Shown one piece after another: positions 1 through 9,392 of a stretch of DNA of 32,000 nucleotides (within the stretch, counting starts at the first letter, position 1; the number at the start of each line of letters is the position of its first letter). Origin of the DNA: Candidatus Kuenenia stuttgartensis. GTDB lineage: Bacteria; Planctomycetota; Brocadiia; Brocadiales; Brocadiaceae. The notes beneath the pieces are model-generated. The model was given only the letters and a program-made list of their open reading frames with translations. It was not told the DNA's origin and made no database searches. Position numbers and translations under genes: made by a program. The stretch lies in contig NZ_LT934425.1 of the NCBI RefSeq assembly GCF_900232105.1, positions 1,170,001 to 1,202,000 on the forward strand, written 5' to 3'.

Positions 1-28
1 CGATGGCAAAGTACATGTTCGCCAAAGA

Positions 29-1345
29 GTGGCACAAAAAGAGCCTCGGGATTGGATAGAAGCGGAACTTGGAGGAACAAAATTGGGCGATGCACGATTG
101 ACCTCAAGACTTTTAGAAATGACAGGTATGTTTTATGACAAACCTTTGGCAAACATTCCGCAGGCGTGCGGCTCAGTCAGTGCGACTAAGGCTGCATACC
201 GATTCCTTGACAATGAGAATGTAGATTGGAAGGCGATATTGCAAGCTCATTATGAGGCCACGGAAGAGCGTGTGAAGGAGAATAGTTTGGTTTTGGTAGC
301 GCAAGATACTACGACTCTGAATTATAGCACACATCCGAATACGCAGGGGTTAGGGCCGATAGGTACTAAGAGTAAAAAAGTTCGTGGACTGATGGTGCAT
401 GATACGATGGCGTTTACTGAAAGTGGCACACCCTTGGGACTTCTGAATGTGCAATGCTGGGCGCGGGACGGAATAGGCAGCAAACATGAACGACACAAGA
501 AGCCTATCGAAGAGAAGGAAAGCTGGAAATGGGTGGAGAGTTACCATGCAGTATCGCAAGTACAGAAACGCTGTCGAAACAAATCTTTGCTGGTGGTTGT
601 GGCAGATCGTGAGGCCGATATTCACGAGGTATTCGCTGAGCAGTATAATACGCCTGATGGCGCTCAGTTGCTGATCCGTGCAGAACGTTCGCGCAATAGA
701 AAGGTTGTTGATGATAAAGAATCATGCGAGTTTTTGTGGACTAAACTGGAACAGCAACCGGCGATGCCTGTTACGCTACGCCCACCTATGCTAAAAAAGA
801 ATATGCCTGCGGTCAGGGTGTGGGCGGTGCTGGCGCAGGAAGTCAATCCGCCTATCGGAATTGATGGGTTAGAATGGATGCTGTTAACCACAGTTGCGGT
901 TAAGCAAGAAAAAGATGCTTACGAACGTTTGGAATGGTATGCTCGCCGATGGGGTATTGAGTGTTATCATCGTATTATCAAGAGCGGTTGTCGTGTCGAG
1001 GCCCGGCAGTTGGAGAGTGCTCGTCGTCTATGCAACGCTTTGGCCATTGATATGATTATAGCTTGGCGTATCCATTACCTGACTACTTTAGGACAAGAAA
1101 CACCTGATGTCCCTTGTACTGTCTACTTCAGCGATTCTGAATGGAAAGCATTGACAACTTTTGCGAACAAGGTCAAGGAGCCTCCTGATTTACCTCCAAG
1201 CCTCAATGATGCCGTGCGGCTTTTAGGTAAACTTGGCGGTCATCTGGGCCGCCGTGGTGATGGCCATCCCGGAAGTGAAGTACTTTGGCGAGGCATGTCA
1301 CGTTTGGCTGATATTGAAGTTGCTTACGAACTTTACACCACTTAG
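29..1345 (+). CDS. IS4-family (Tn5/IS50-like) transposase
   Basis: 438 aa ORF with N-terminal 'WIEAELGGTKLGDARLTSRL' DNA-binding motif, 'VAQDTTTLNYSTHP' first catalytic Asp region, 'VVVADREADIHEVF', and C-terminal 'ERLEWYARRWGIECYHRIIKSGCRVEARQLES' (YREK-like Glu motif). Confidence 0.9.
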   Translation: MAQKEPRDWIEAELGGTKLGDARLTSRLLEMTGMFYDKPLANIPQACGSVSATKAAYRFLDNENVDWKAILQAHYEATEERVKENSLVLVAQDTTTLNYSTHPNTQGLGPIGTKSKKVRGLMVHDTMAFTESGTPLGLLNVQCWARDGIGSKHERHKKPIEEKESWKWVESYHAVSQVQKRCRNKSLLVVVADREADIHEVFAEQYNTPDGAQLLIRAERSRNRKVVDDKESCEFLWTKLEQQPAMPVTLRPPMLKKNMPAVRVWAVLAQEVNPPIGIDGLEWMLLTTVAVKQEKDAYERLEWYARRWGIECYHRIIKSGCRVEARQLESARRLCNALAIDMIIAWRIHYLTTLGQETPDVPCTVYFSDSEWKALTTFANKVKEPPDLPPSLNDAVRLLGKLGGHLGRRGDGHPGSEVLWRGMSRLADIEVAYELYTT

Positions 1346-1730
1346 CCTTCAGCTCAATTGGCCGTACAACTACGGTGCTCTTGAAATTTGTGGGTAAAGA
1401 TTAGCTTTATTAAGGGGGACTTTTGCGGCCGTTTGCTTAACTTAATGACATTGGTTTGCAACCTGAACCCATGAGTTTATACGGATAATGGAGCTATATA
1501 CTGCAGTAAAATTCCAATGCCCAAATCACAAAATCCCTGTTTGGAATCCGGAATTTATTTTTCATTTGTTCTGCCAATAGAATGCGGGATTGAAAGTATA
1601 AAATGTTTGGTTCAGGTTACAAACCTGATAATCATATAGAAGGCACCTCCGAGCGCACTCTTCATGGTAAAATGGAGGATACCGTGAAAGGCGATTGTTA
1701 AATAATAACAAAGTAAGGAGGGAGCGAGCA
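1346..1730 (+). ncRNA. Non-coding region 5' of IS110-family transposase; candidate bridge RNA region
   Basis: 385 nt ORF-free stretch immediately upstream of an IS110-type ORF, the position where IS110-group bridge RNA is encoded. It contains a long-range inverted repeat, 1453-1469 ggtttgcaacctgaacc with 1609-1625 ggttcaggttacaaacc (16/17). The 5' part may belong to the IS4 element end. Confidence 0.35.
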
Positions 1731-2747
1731 ATGGGATATTTCGTAGGAATAGATTTACATGGTGATAATAATTATATTGGAATACTCGATGAGGAGGATC
1801 GGAAGGTATTCAAGAGGAGAAACCGTAATGACATCAATGAAATAAAGCGCGTATTAGAGCCATACAAAAAAGAAATAAAGGGTATAGTAGTAGAATCGAC
1901 CTTTAACTGGTACTGGATAGTGGATGGTCTGATGGAGGCAGGCTATCAGGTACACCTGGCAAATACATCGGCAATGCAGCAGTATGAGGGATTAAAGTAC
2001 ATTGACGACACGAGGGATTCGTTTTGGTTGGCAAAGATGTTACGGTTAAAGATATTACCAGAGGGATATATTTATCCCAAAGAGACGCGGTCAGTGAGGG
2101 ATTTACTGAGGAAGCGGATGATGTTGGTACAACAAAGGACAGCGCATATATTGAGTATGCAAACGATGGTAAACCGTAACAAAGGAGTACCGATAAGCGG
2201 TGATACGATAAAGAAGCTGAGTAACGAAGAGGTAATGGGGATGTTCAGCGACGTGCATTTGACCATGTCAGCACAGTGCGATCACGAGGTAATAGAGGTA
2301 TTAAATAAGCAGATATACAAGATAGAGAAAGCGGTATTAAAGGAGGTGAAGCTAAAGAAGCCGTATAAGAAATTGCTCAAGGTGCCTGGGATAGGCGAAA
2401 TCCTGGCAATGACGATAATGCTGGAGACTGGGAACATAGAGCGATTTAGTGATGTGGGGATGTATTCATCTTATTGCAGATGCGTATCGGCAAAAAAATT
2501 ATCGAATGGTAAGAGCAAAGGGAAAGGAAACCGTAAGAACGGGAATAAATACCTTGCGTGGGCGTATGTGGAGGCAGCGCATTTTCACGTAAGATTTTGC
2601 GAAAAGGGAAGGAAATGGCATCAGAGGAAGGCGTCAAAGAGCCATGTAGTTCTGGCAACGAAAGCCTTGAGCAATAAGCTGGCCAGGGCATGTTATTACA
2701 TAATAAAGGAGCAAGTAAACTACGACGAGAAAAAAATGTTTGGGTAG
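1731..2747 (+). CDS. IS110-family transposase (DEDD RuvC-like plus transposase_20 domain)
   Basis: 'GIDLHGDNNYIGILDEE' N-terminus, 'LLKVPGIGEILAMTIMLETGNIERFSDVGMYSSYCRCV' C-terminal motif, ending 'VNYDEKKMFG'. ATG at 1731 is preceded by aaggaggg (RBS); the track ORF starts further upstream at 1695. Confidence 0.9.
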   Translation: MGYFVGIDLHGDNNYIGILDEEDRKVFKRRNRNDINEIKRVLEPYKKEIKGIVVESTFNWYWIVDGLMEAGYQVHLANTSAMQQYEGLKYIDDTRDSFWLAKMLRLKILPEGYIYPKETRSVRDLLRKRMMLVQQRTAHILSMQTMVNRNKGVPISGDTIKKLSNEEVMGMFSDVHLTMSAQCDHEVIEVLNKQIYKIEKAVLKEVKLKKPYKKLLKVPGIGEILAMTIMLETGNIERFSDVGMYSSYCRCVSAKKLSNGKSKGKGNRKNGNKYLAWAYVEAAHFHVRFCEKGRKWHQRKASKSHVVLATKALSNKLARACYYIIKEQVNYDEKKMFG

Positions 2748-3337
2748 CAAGCAGATTAGGTGGTGCAAGGAACCGGTTGCGGGTTAGGTAACCAATCCAT
2801 GAAACCTGATTGGAAGTTGTTCCACCTTTTATTATGAGTTGTGCCGGTAAAGGAATCGGCGAAAAAGAATATTCCATTCTGATCTGCCCATACCATGAGC
2901 CGTGAGGTTTTGGCCGTAGAGCCGAATATTCTGTGAATAACGATTGGACACTGGTATGGAACCGATGGTTTTCTGGGACAGAAGATAAGTCAGGGGCGGT
3001 GAGAAAGTCTTTCACAAAGCCTTGATCCCGATGGGTGAATGGTGCGGATGAGAACGATACCAAAACAATTGCGAAATACCACGGGCGTAGATAAACGTGA
3101 ACGGTATAGTCATTTTCGTAAACAGCAGTAAGAGCGATTCCGTACTTGGAGGGGTATTCAAAACGTGAAAATGTAGATATTTTTGCGACCGGAGATATTT
3201 TGTCCTTGACAAAAGCCTTCTAATGAGTGAACCCGCGAATGTAGTTTTCAGTACCATTACGTTCCCAAACAGCTACTTCACTATGTTCAGTACAAGGTTT
3301 GAGAACGAGTTGTGCTTCGGTAGTTTAATATATTACA

Positions 3338-4090
3338 ATGAATAGTTATAAAAAAACACAGGCATTCGCAAATAACTTCGGTAAAACAATGTACAACAAA
3401 CATCCGTTTCTCGAATTCCGTAACGTATACTTCGGATATAACCATGGCGAAAACATTCTCCATAAATTATCTCTTACAGCATGGGAAAAAGAGATTGTTG
3501 TCATTCTCGGCCAATCCGGATACGGGAAATCAACACTGTTAAAGCTTGGCAATCGATTATTGGAAGCGTCGGACGGCACAATCTTATACAAGGGTACAGA
3601 TATTCACACCATTTCACCACTCGTATTACGAAAAGAGATAGCATATCTATCCCAAATCCCATGCCTCCTCGAAGGCACCGTGGAAAGCAACCTGTTGCTG
3701 CCTTTTCGTAAAAATGAACTTCCCCATGACATGAAAAATCAAATCATTGCCATGCTCCATCTGACAGGGCTTAACGAATCGTTTCTACAGCGGCCTTCCC
3801 ATGAACTATCTGTTGGAGAAAAACAAAGAATAGCGCTGGCAAGAACATTAATCAACCGTCCGTCAGTTCTTTTGCTCGACGAACCCACTACCGCACTGGA
3901 CGAAGAAAATTCCCGCATACTCATCCACAGCCTGAAACAAATCATTCGGGAAAACGCCATTTCCATGCTTGTGGTAACACATCAGCTCGATTTCGCGAAA
4001 AGACTGGGAAACCGTTTTCTGGTGCTTGAAAACGGAAGGGTGAAGGAAATTGAACGCCCTGAACTGGCATTTGCAAAGGAAGAACTATGA
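3338..4090 (+). CDS. fetA: ABC transporter ATP-binding protein, FetA/YbbL-like
   Basis: Walker A 'GQSGYGKST', signature 'LSVGEKQRIALARTL', Walker B 'VLLLDEPTTALDE'. Overlaps the downstream UPF0014/FetB-like permease by 4 nt. Confidence 0.8.
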   Translation: MNSYKKTQAFANNFGKTMYNKHPFLEFRNVYFGYNHGENILHKLSLTAWEKEIVVILGQSGYGKSTLLKLGNRLLEASDGTILYKGTDIHTISPLVLRKEIAYLSQIPCLLEGTVESNLLLPFRKNELPHDMKNQIIAMLHLTGLNESFLQRPSHELSVGEKQRIALARTLINRPSVLLLDEPTTALDEENSRILIHSLKQIIRENAISMLVVTHQLDFAKRLGNRFLVLENGRVKEIERPELAFAKEEL

Positions 4091-4893
4091 ATAATGCTAT
4101 CGATATTCCCTGGTCGCAGCTTAGTTTCTGCAGCGTATTTGTAATCCTGCTTATCGGCATCTCTCTTTATGAATCGTTACGGTTGGAAAAAACAATACTC
4201 ATCGGAAGCTTTCGCGCCGTAATACAGTTAATCCTCGTAGGGTTTTTCATAAAATTAATATTTGATTATAAACAATGGTACGTTGTAATGCCCATTCTTC
4301 TTGTTATGATCTTTGTCGCATCACAAACCGTGATTAAATGGCTTAAAAACCCCGTGAAAGAAATGTATTGCTGCGCATTAATCTCGGTATCACTGGCTTC
4401 GGCATTTTCGCTGCTATTTATTTTTTTGCTGGTGGTCAGGATTCCTGTCTGGTACGACCCGCAATATTTAATACCTGTAGCCGGTATGATTATTGCCAAT
4501 GGAATGAATGGCGCCGCATTGGCGGGAGAACGCTATAAAAGCGAATTAGAAATCAGAGTGCCGGAAATAGAAATGTTGCTTTCTCTTGGTTATGAATCAA
4601 AAATGGCTTCCCGGAAATCCCGTCAGCAGGCGCTCAGCGCTTCATTAATCCCATCGTTAAACAGCATGATGGTTATGGGAATCGTTCACCTGCCAGGGAT
4701 GATGACGGGACAAATAATCGCAGGCTCCAGCCCTGTTACGGCAGTCAAGTATCAGATAATAATTATCCTTAGCATTGCGGCAACGGTAGCGCTCACCTCG
4801 TGGGTATTTGTCTCGCTGCTGGACAAGAAATTTTTCACCCCGTATCATCAAATACGGTATGAATTAGTCAACCCAGGGAAACGAAAAAAATAA
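4087..4893 (+). CDS. fetB: FetB/YbbM (UPF0014) family ABC transporter permease
   Basis: 'RLEKTILIGSFRAVIQLILVGFFIKLIF', 'LIPVAGMIIANGMNGAALAGERYKSE', 'VMGIVHLPGMMTGQIIAGSSPVTAVKYQIIIIL' are family hallmarks. Confidence 0.88.
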   Translation: MNNAIDIPWSQLSFCSVFVILLIGISLYESLRLEKTILIGSFRAVIQLILVGFFIKLIFDYKQWYVVMPILLVMIFVASQTVIKWLKNPVKEMYCCALISVSLASAFSLLFIFLLVVRIPVWYDPQYLIPVAGMIIANGMNGAALAGERYKSELEIRVPEIEMLLSLGYESKMASRKSRQQALSASLIPSLNSMMVMGIVHLPGMMTGQIIAGSSPVTAVKYQIIIILSIAATVALTSWVFVSLLDKKFFTPYHQIRYELVNPGKRKK

Positions 4894-4952
4894 ACAGTAG
4901 TCCTCAATCTGCAATTTGCCTACTGTAGACTGTAGATTGCCGACTGCAGAAG
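4894..4952. repeat. Dispersed palindromic intergenic repeat, copy 1
   Basis: acagtagtcctcaatctgcaatttgcctactgtagactgtagattgccgactgcag; shares the core AGTCCTCAATCTGCAATyT with the copies near 14.7, 15.76 and 20.28 kb. Confidence 0.7.
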
Positions 4953-5034
4953 GGACAATTAAATATTTTGCCAAAAAGCACGCACTGACGAATGGAAGTG
5001 TGCAAAGAAATTACTGATAAGTACTAAGACACTT

Positions 5035-5358
5035 TTAAAATGCACGAACTATCGTTGCGGTTTTCTGGCTTACCATTTCGTACTCTTCCGCCACCTTTTG
5101 CGCACACTCAAAATATTCCTCGCTCAATACTACAATCCTGATGTCTTCCCTGATACCGTTGCCAAAAAGGCCCGAAGACTTGCCCTCTGAAGAGGGAGAG
5201 TATATGTACAGTTTGCGATCAGACCCCGAAAGCCAGTTTTTTTTGTAATAAAAAAACAACGTTTGAACATCGTCTTCGATCTTCAGTTTAGCGCAGTATT
5301 TATTCACCAGTCCAACAAGCTGGTTGATGAGTGAAATGCGTGTTTCCTCAATTTTCAT
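5035..5358 (-). CDS. Hypothetical protein, 107 aa
   Basis: Intact ORF (MKIEETRISLINQLVGLVNKYCAKLKIEDDVQTLFFYYKKNW...) in a gap of suitable size, same strand as and downstream of the XDH-like genes; no family recognised. Confidence 0.6.
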   Translation of the reverse strand: MKIEETRISLINQLVGLVNKYCAKLKIEDDVQTLFFYYKKNWLSGSDRKLYIYSPSSEGKSSGLFGNGIREDIRIVVLSEEYFECAQKVAEEYEMVSQKTATIVRAF

Positions 5359-5383
5359 GGAGACTCCTTTTATTCAAAAATTG

Positions 5384-7666
5384 TCAGCATTTGCATGATA
5401 TCCGTTTGACGTATTCCGGGTATAACTGCAATAGTACCCGCTCCGGGGTCAATGGTGTGGCAAAGTCAAAATCATTTCCAGGCATGAATGCGCGCATTGC
5501 GTCCCGAAGAGCAAAGAACACGCCTATTCCATACATAAAAGGCGGCTCTCCTACTGCCTTGCTTCCGTAAGGGCCGGGCAAGCTCTCTTCATTTGCCAAA
5601 AATTCAATCTCTATGTCATCCGGCATAAAATAAGCATCCGGAACTTTATACGTGGCAAGGTCACGTGAAAGCAACTGTCCTTTGTCATTAAAACGCAGGT
5701 CTTCCAACGCCATCCACCCCAAACCCTGCGCCAGCCCTCCCTCGATCTGCGCGCGGTCAACTGTTTCATTAAGAGGCCTGCCTAAGTCATGCACAATTTT
5801 TACCGAATCAATGGTATACACCCCCCGCAGGCAGTCCAGTGTCACCTCTATAACCGCTGCCCCGTACACATGATATGCAAACGGGCTGCCCTTTTCTTTC
5901 ATTTTGTCAAACCATATTTTTGGCGTTGCAAAGAATCCATGCGCTGAAAGGTTTATACGTTTTTGATGTGCAGTGTGAATTAATCGATCCCACGTCCAGC
6001 CTGTATCATGCGCATCACAAAGAACCTTTTCGTTTGCAATTGAAATCTTTTCTTTGTCGGAAATGGAAAGTTCCTTAGCTAAAAGGGATTTTAATCTGTC
6101 AATAATCTGATTGACCGCCAATAACAAGGCATTTCCGTTAAGAAGGGTTGTAGCGCTTGCAGCGCTGGGAGACATATTTGCAATGCGGGTAGTATTCGTG
6201 GCTTCTACTTTTATGCGGTTGTGGTTTATTCCCAATGCTTTTGCGGCAATTGCCGTGATGTTGGTAGTTAGCCCCTGCCCCATTTCTACTCCGCCGGTAG
6301 AAACGCTCACACTTCCATCGGTAAATACATGCACCAAAGCGCTTGCCTGATTCATGTAAGTCGTAGTAAATGATATGCCAAAACAAATGGGCATTACGGC
6401 GATCCCTTTTTTTGTTTCAAAGTGGGATTTATTAAAGGAGAGCATCCGTTTTCTAATCTTCTGAAGAGTGTATCTCGTCTCAACTTTTTCCCAAACGGTT
6501 CTGATGCTGCAATCCTCAGTTATTTGTCCGTAGGGAAAGGCATTGTTTGCTGCTAACAGATTTTTAGCCTGTATTTCCTCTCGCGGCATATTGAGCTTTT
6601 CTGCCACCTTTGTGATTGCGCTTTCAATTGCGAACATTCCCTGCGGCGCCCCGAATCCCCTGAAGGCAGTATTTGGCGGGAGATTTGTCTTGCAGCACAC
6701 GCCGAATATCCTGACGTTGGGTATATAATAGCAATTCGTGCTGTGAAACATTGTTCTCTCCAAAACAGCCGTAGATAAGTCTGCAACGGCGCCGGAGTTT
6801 TGATAATGTTTCACCTCGTAACTGAGTATGACCCCATCTTTTGTCACACCCATTTTAAAATCGGATTTATACGGATGCCGTTTGCCGGTCATCTTCATGT
6901 CTTCACCTCTCTGCAAAACCAGCTCCACAGGCCTTTGTGTAATCCATGCAGCAAGCGCCGCCATGCAGGCCCATGGCGTAGCCTGGTCTTCCTTACCGCC
7001 GAAACCGCCGCCGATACGTTTTACCTCCACCTCCACATTATGACTGGACAGTCCCAGTACCTTTGCCGCATGATGCTGCACTGCGGACGGGCTTTGCGTT
7101 GAAGAATAGATACGTATATTGTTTCCTTCCAGCGGGACCGCTCTCGCTCTCTGCGTTTCCAGATAAACATGTTCCTGCCCGCCCGTATCGCAGGAGCCTT
7201 CTGCCACGAGATCGCATTTTTGCCACAGAGAATCAACATCTCCAAGGGTAAACGTCCTCGGCGTGTCAATAATGTATCCTTTTTCAAATGCCTCTTTTGG
7301 ATCGGCAACGGCAGACAACTCCTCTATTTCCGCCAAAATTATTTTTGCTGCATTTCTTGCGGCTCGCTGACTTTCCGCCACAACAACTGCCACCGGTTGT
7401 CCTATGTAATTCACCTTGCTTTGCGCCAGAAGTTCTTCGTCCTGAATAATCGAACCAATTTGATTTATTCCCGGAATATCTTTTGAAGAGAGAACGGCAA
7501 CCACCCCTTTTGCTAAACGTGCTTCCTGCAATTGGAGGCGGATAATATTTCCATGCATAACCGGAGAGGAAAATACCGATGCGTAAAGCATGCCTGACGG
7601 CAGGGGCATATCATCCAAAAAAAGGGATTCTCCGCGCGTATGGGCTGCTGCATCAATGCGATTCAT
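5384..7666 (-). CDS. xdhB: Xanthine dehydrogenase-family, molybdopterin-binding large subunit
   Basis: 760 aa with 'VKRIGGGFGGKEDQ', 'LPPNTAFRGFGAPQGMFAIE', 'GGVEMGQGLTTNITAIAAKALG', 'GGLAQGLGWMALEDL', 'KAVGEPPFMYGIGVFFALRDA'. Overlaps xdhA by 14 nt. Confidence 0.88.
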   Translation of the reverse strand: MNRIDAAAHTRGESLFLDDMPLPSGMLYASVFSSPVMHGNIIRLQLQEARLAKGVVAVLSSKDIPGINQIGSIIQDEELLAQSKVNYIGQPVAVVVAESQRAARNAAKIILAEIEELSAVADPKEAFEKGYIIDTPRTFTLGDVDSLWQKCDLVAEGSCDTGGQEHVYLETQRARAVPLEGNNIRIYSSTQSPSAVQHHAAKVLGLSSHNVEVEVKRIGGGFGGKEDQATPWACMAALAAWITQRPVELVLQRGEDMKMTGKRHPYKSDFKMGVTKDGVILSYEVKHYQNSGAVADLSTAVLERTMFHSTNCYYIPNVRIFGVCCKTNLPPNTAFRGFGAPQGMFAIESAITKVAEKLNMPREEIQAKNLLAANNAFPYGQITEDCSIRTVWEKVETRYTLQKIRKRMLSFNKSHFETKKGIAVMPICFGISFTTTYMNQASALVHVFTDGSVSVSTGGVEMGQGLTTNITAIAAKALGINHNRIKVEATNTTRIANMSPSAASATTLLNGNALLLAVNQIIDRLKSLLAKELSISDKEKISIANEKVLCDAHDTGWTWDRLIHTAHQKRINLSAHGFFATPKIWFDKMKEKGSPFAYHVYGAAVIEVTLDCLRGVYTIDSVKIVHDLGRPLNETVDRAQIEGGLAQGLGWMALEDLRFNDKGQLLSRDLATYKVPDAYFMPDDIEIEFLANEESLPGPYGSKAVGEPPFMYGIGVFFALRDAMRAFMPGNDFDFATPLTPERVLLQLYPEYVKRISCKC

Positions 7667-9071
7667 AAAAATCCTTCACTTTGATTGTGCCAGGGAAGAG
7701 TTTTGTAAAGTGTGCTATTATCAATTGGCGGGCAAGCAGCCTCTTATAACAAGAGCTTCCCCGTATATCGCTTATTGGCGATATTTCATGCTGCAGTATT
7801 GGGAATGCGCCTTCTATCGTATTTTTCGTAATCTCTTTTCCTCGAAGATAATCGCATGTGTTCTTCAAAAAAAGGGGGATTTCTGCGACTCCGCCCATGG
7901 TAATGTGTATGTCTCTTATGACACCGCCGTCTTCCTTTACCTTTATTGCGCTGTTTACCGAGGCTACATCCAAATATTTCCTTTTTGAAACCTTCTCCCA
8001 ATTTATTTTTGTTCCGGGGGCGGGAACAGGGAATACTATTTCTGACAAAATCTCTGACGGCGCTTTATCAAGTTTTTTGTATCCTTTGTAAAAAGAGGAA
8101 ATCGGTAATGAACGCGTATCGCTGCCCTGCTTAAGAATCAATGTTGATTCCATTGCAAGCAATAGTATCGTTACATCGGCAATTGGAGAAGCATTCACAA
8201 TATTCCCTCCCACGGTTGCCCTGTTTCTGATTTGCGTGGAAGCAACAAGGGAGATATATTCCTGAATACCGGGAATGGCCTTCATTACTTCCGGGTGATT
8301 AGAAAATGCCTCAAATGTGGTAAGAGCGCCTATACGAAGGAGTCCGTTTTCGCAAACGATATGCTTCATTTCCGAATGTGCGTTGAGCAGGCTAATCAAT
8401 GAGTCTGGCAAAATGTCGCCCTTTTGCACATATAAATCAGTGCCTCCGGAGATGAAAAATCCGGGGGTGGAGGCGGCCTTCTTATATTGTTTCCCGGAAA
8501 TGCTGTTTAATCGTATGGGAATATCCTTGAAATAGTCAGGAATAATTCCCTTTTCAACAAGTGTTTTTACGCCGGTTGCGGTATCAATGTGTTCTTTTAT
8601 CATGCCAAAACTTTGCTTTAAAGACCGGTATCCTGTGCAGCGGCAAAGGTGTCCCCCAAGCATTTTCTTAAAGCCCTCTTTTGTCAGATGACTGGCACAT
8701 TCCATAGCATATCCGGTAAGAGAAACAATAATCCCCGGGGTGCAAAAACCACATTGCGTCGCCCCTTTATCCACAACCGCCTGTTGTATGGGTGAAAGGT
8801 TATCCATGTTTAACCCTTCGATTGTTACCAGATGTTTTCCGTGTAATTCTTCCAACGGCATTAAACAGGAATTTGCAGACTTATAAAAAACCCTGTTATT
8901 TATTAATTCACCGACGAGCACAGTGCATGCCCCGCAATCACCTTCGCGGCATCCTTCCTTTGTACCCGTCAGCTGCTGATTTATGCGAAGGTAATCAAGT
9001 ACTGCTATGCCTGAAGATTCGGCGGTATGCAACTCTTTCTCATTAAGCAGAAAACGTATTTCCTGAACCAT
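7653..9071 (-). CDS. xdhA: Xanthine dehydrogenase-family small subunit (2Fe-2S plus FAD domains)
   Basis: 'CREGDCGACTVLVG', 'TQCGFCTPGIIVSLTG', 'HLCRCTGYRSL' iron-sulfur motifs and FAD-binding region 'ASTQIRNRATVGGNIVNASPIAD'. Confidence 0.9.
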   Translation of the reverse strand: MVQEIRFLLNEKELHTAESSGIAVLDYLRINQQLTGTKEGCREGDCGACTVLVGELINNRVFYKSANSCLMPLEELHGKHLVTIEGLNMDNLSPIQQAVVDKGATQCGFCTPGIIVSLTGYAMECASHLTKEGFKKMLGGHLCRCTGYRSLKQSFGMIKEHIDTATGVKTLVEKGIIPDYFKDIPIRLNSISGKQYKKAASTPGFFISGGTDLYVQKGDILPDSLISLLNAHSEMKHIVCENGLLRIGALTTFEAFSNHPEVMKAIPGIQEYISLVASTQIRNRATVGGNIVNASPIADVTILLLAMESTLILKQGSDTRSLPISSFYKGYKKLDKAPSEILSEIVFPVPAPGTKINWEKVSKRKYLDVASVNSAIKVKEDGGVIRDIHITMGGVAEIPLFLKNTCDYLRGKEITKNTIEGAFPILQHEISPISDIRGSSCYKRLLARQLIIAHFTKLFPGTIKVKDFYESH

Positions 9072-9392
9072 AGTATAATTGCCAATTCATTTTTATATTT
9101 CCCGGAATATTACCATTATCATTACTTTTTACGGCATACTCTTTAAAATCTTTTCTCAGAAAATGCCGCACCCAGGACTTATTTTCCCTATTAAGGCATT
9201 AATATACAAGTAAAAAGGCATTAAACTATTACCCTGTAAAAATTTCTTTTTTTTGGTGGTGGCTATGCGGCGACTCTCTGTTTTAATTACACATTCATAC
9301 CCTACGTTGTATTTACAAATGCGGCTGCAATGTGATAAACTGAGACGTCATGTCCCCTGTTTCCTCTCTTTTTGTAGAAAACCCATTGGATA

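Noticed and set aside
2446-3063. 205-aa minus-strand ORF plus overlapping 81-aa ORF at 3012-3257
   Set aside because: Overlaps the IS110 transposase 3' end antisense, has biased Pro/Ser/Phe composition, and no recognisable domain; kept only as a low-interest gap observation.
3481-3966. Overlapping ORFs within fetA
   Set aside because: Alternative-frame ORFs inside a well supported ABC ATPase gene.
5652-7486. Plus-strand ORFs inside the XDH large-subunit gene
   Set aside because: Antisense shadows of a confident coding gene.
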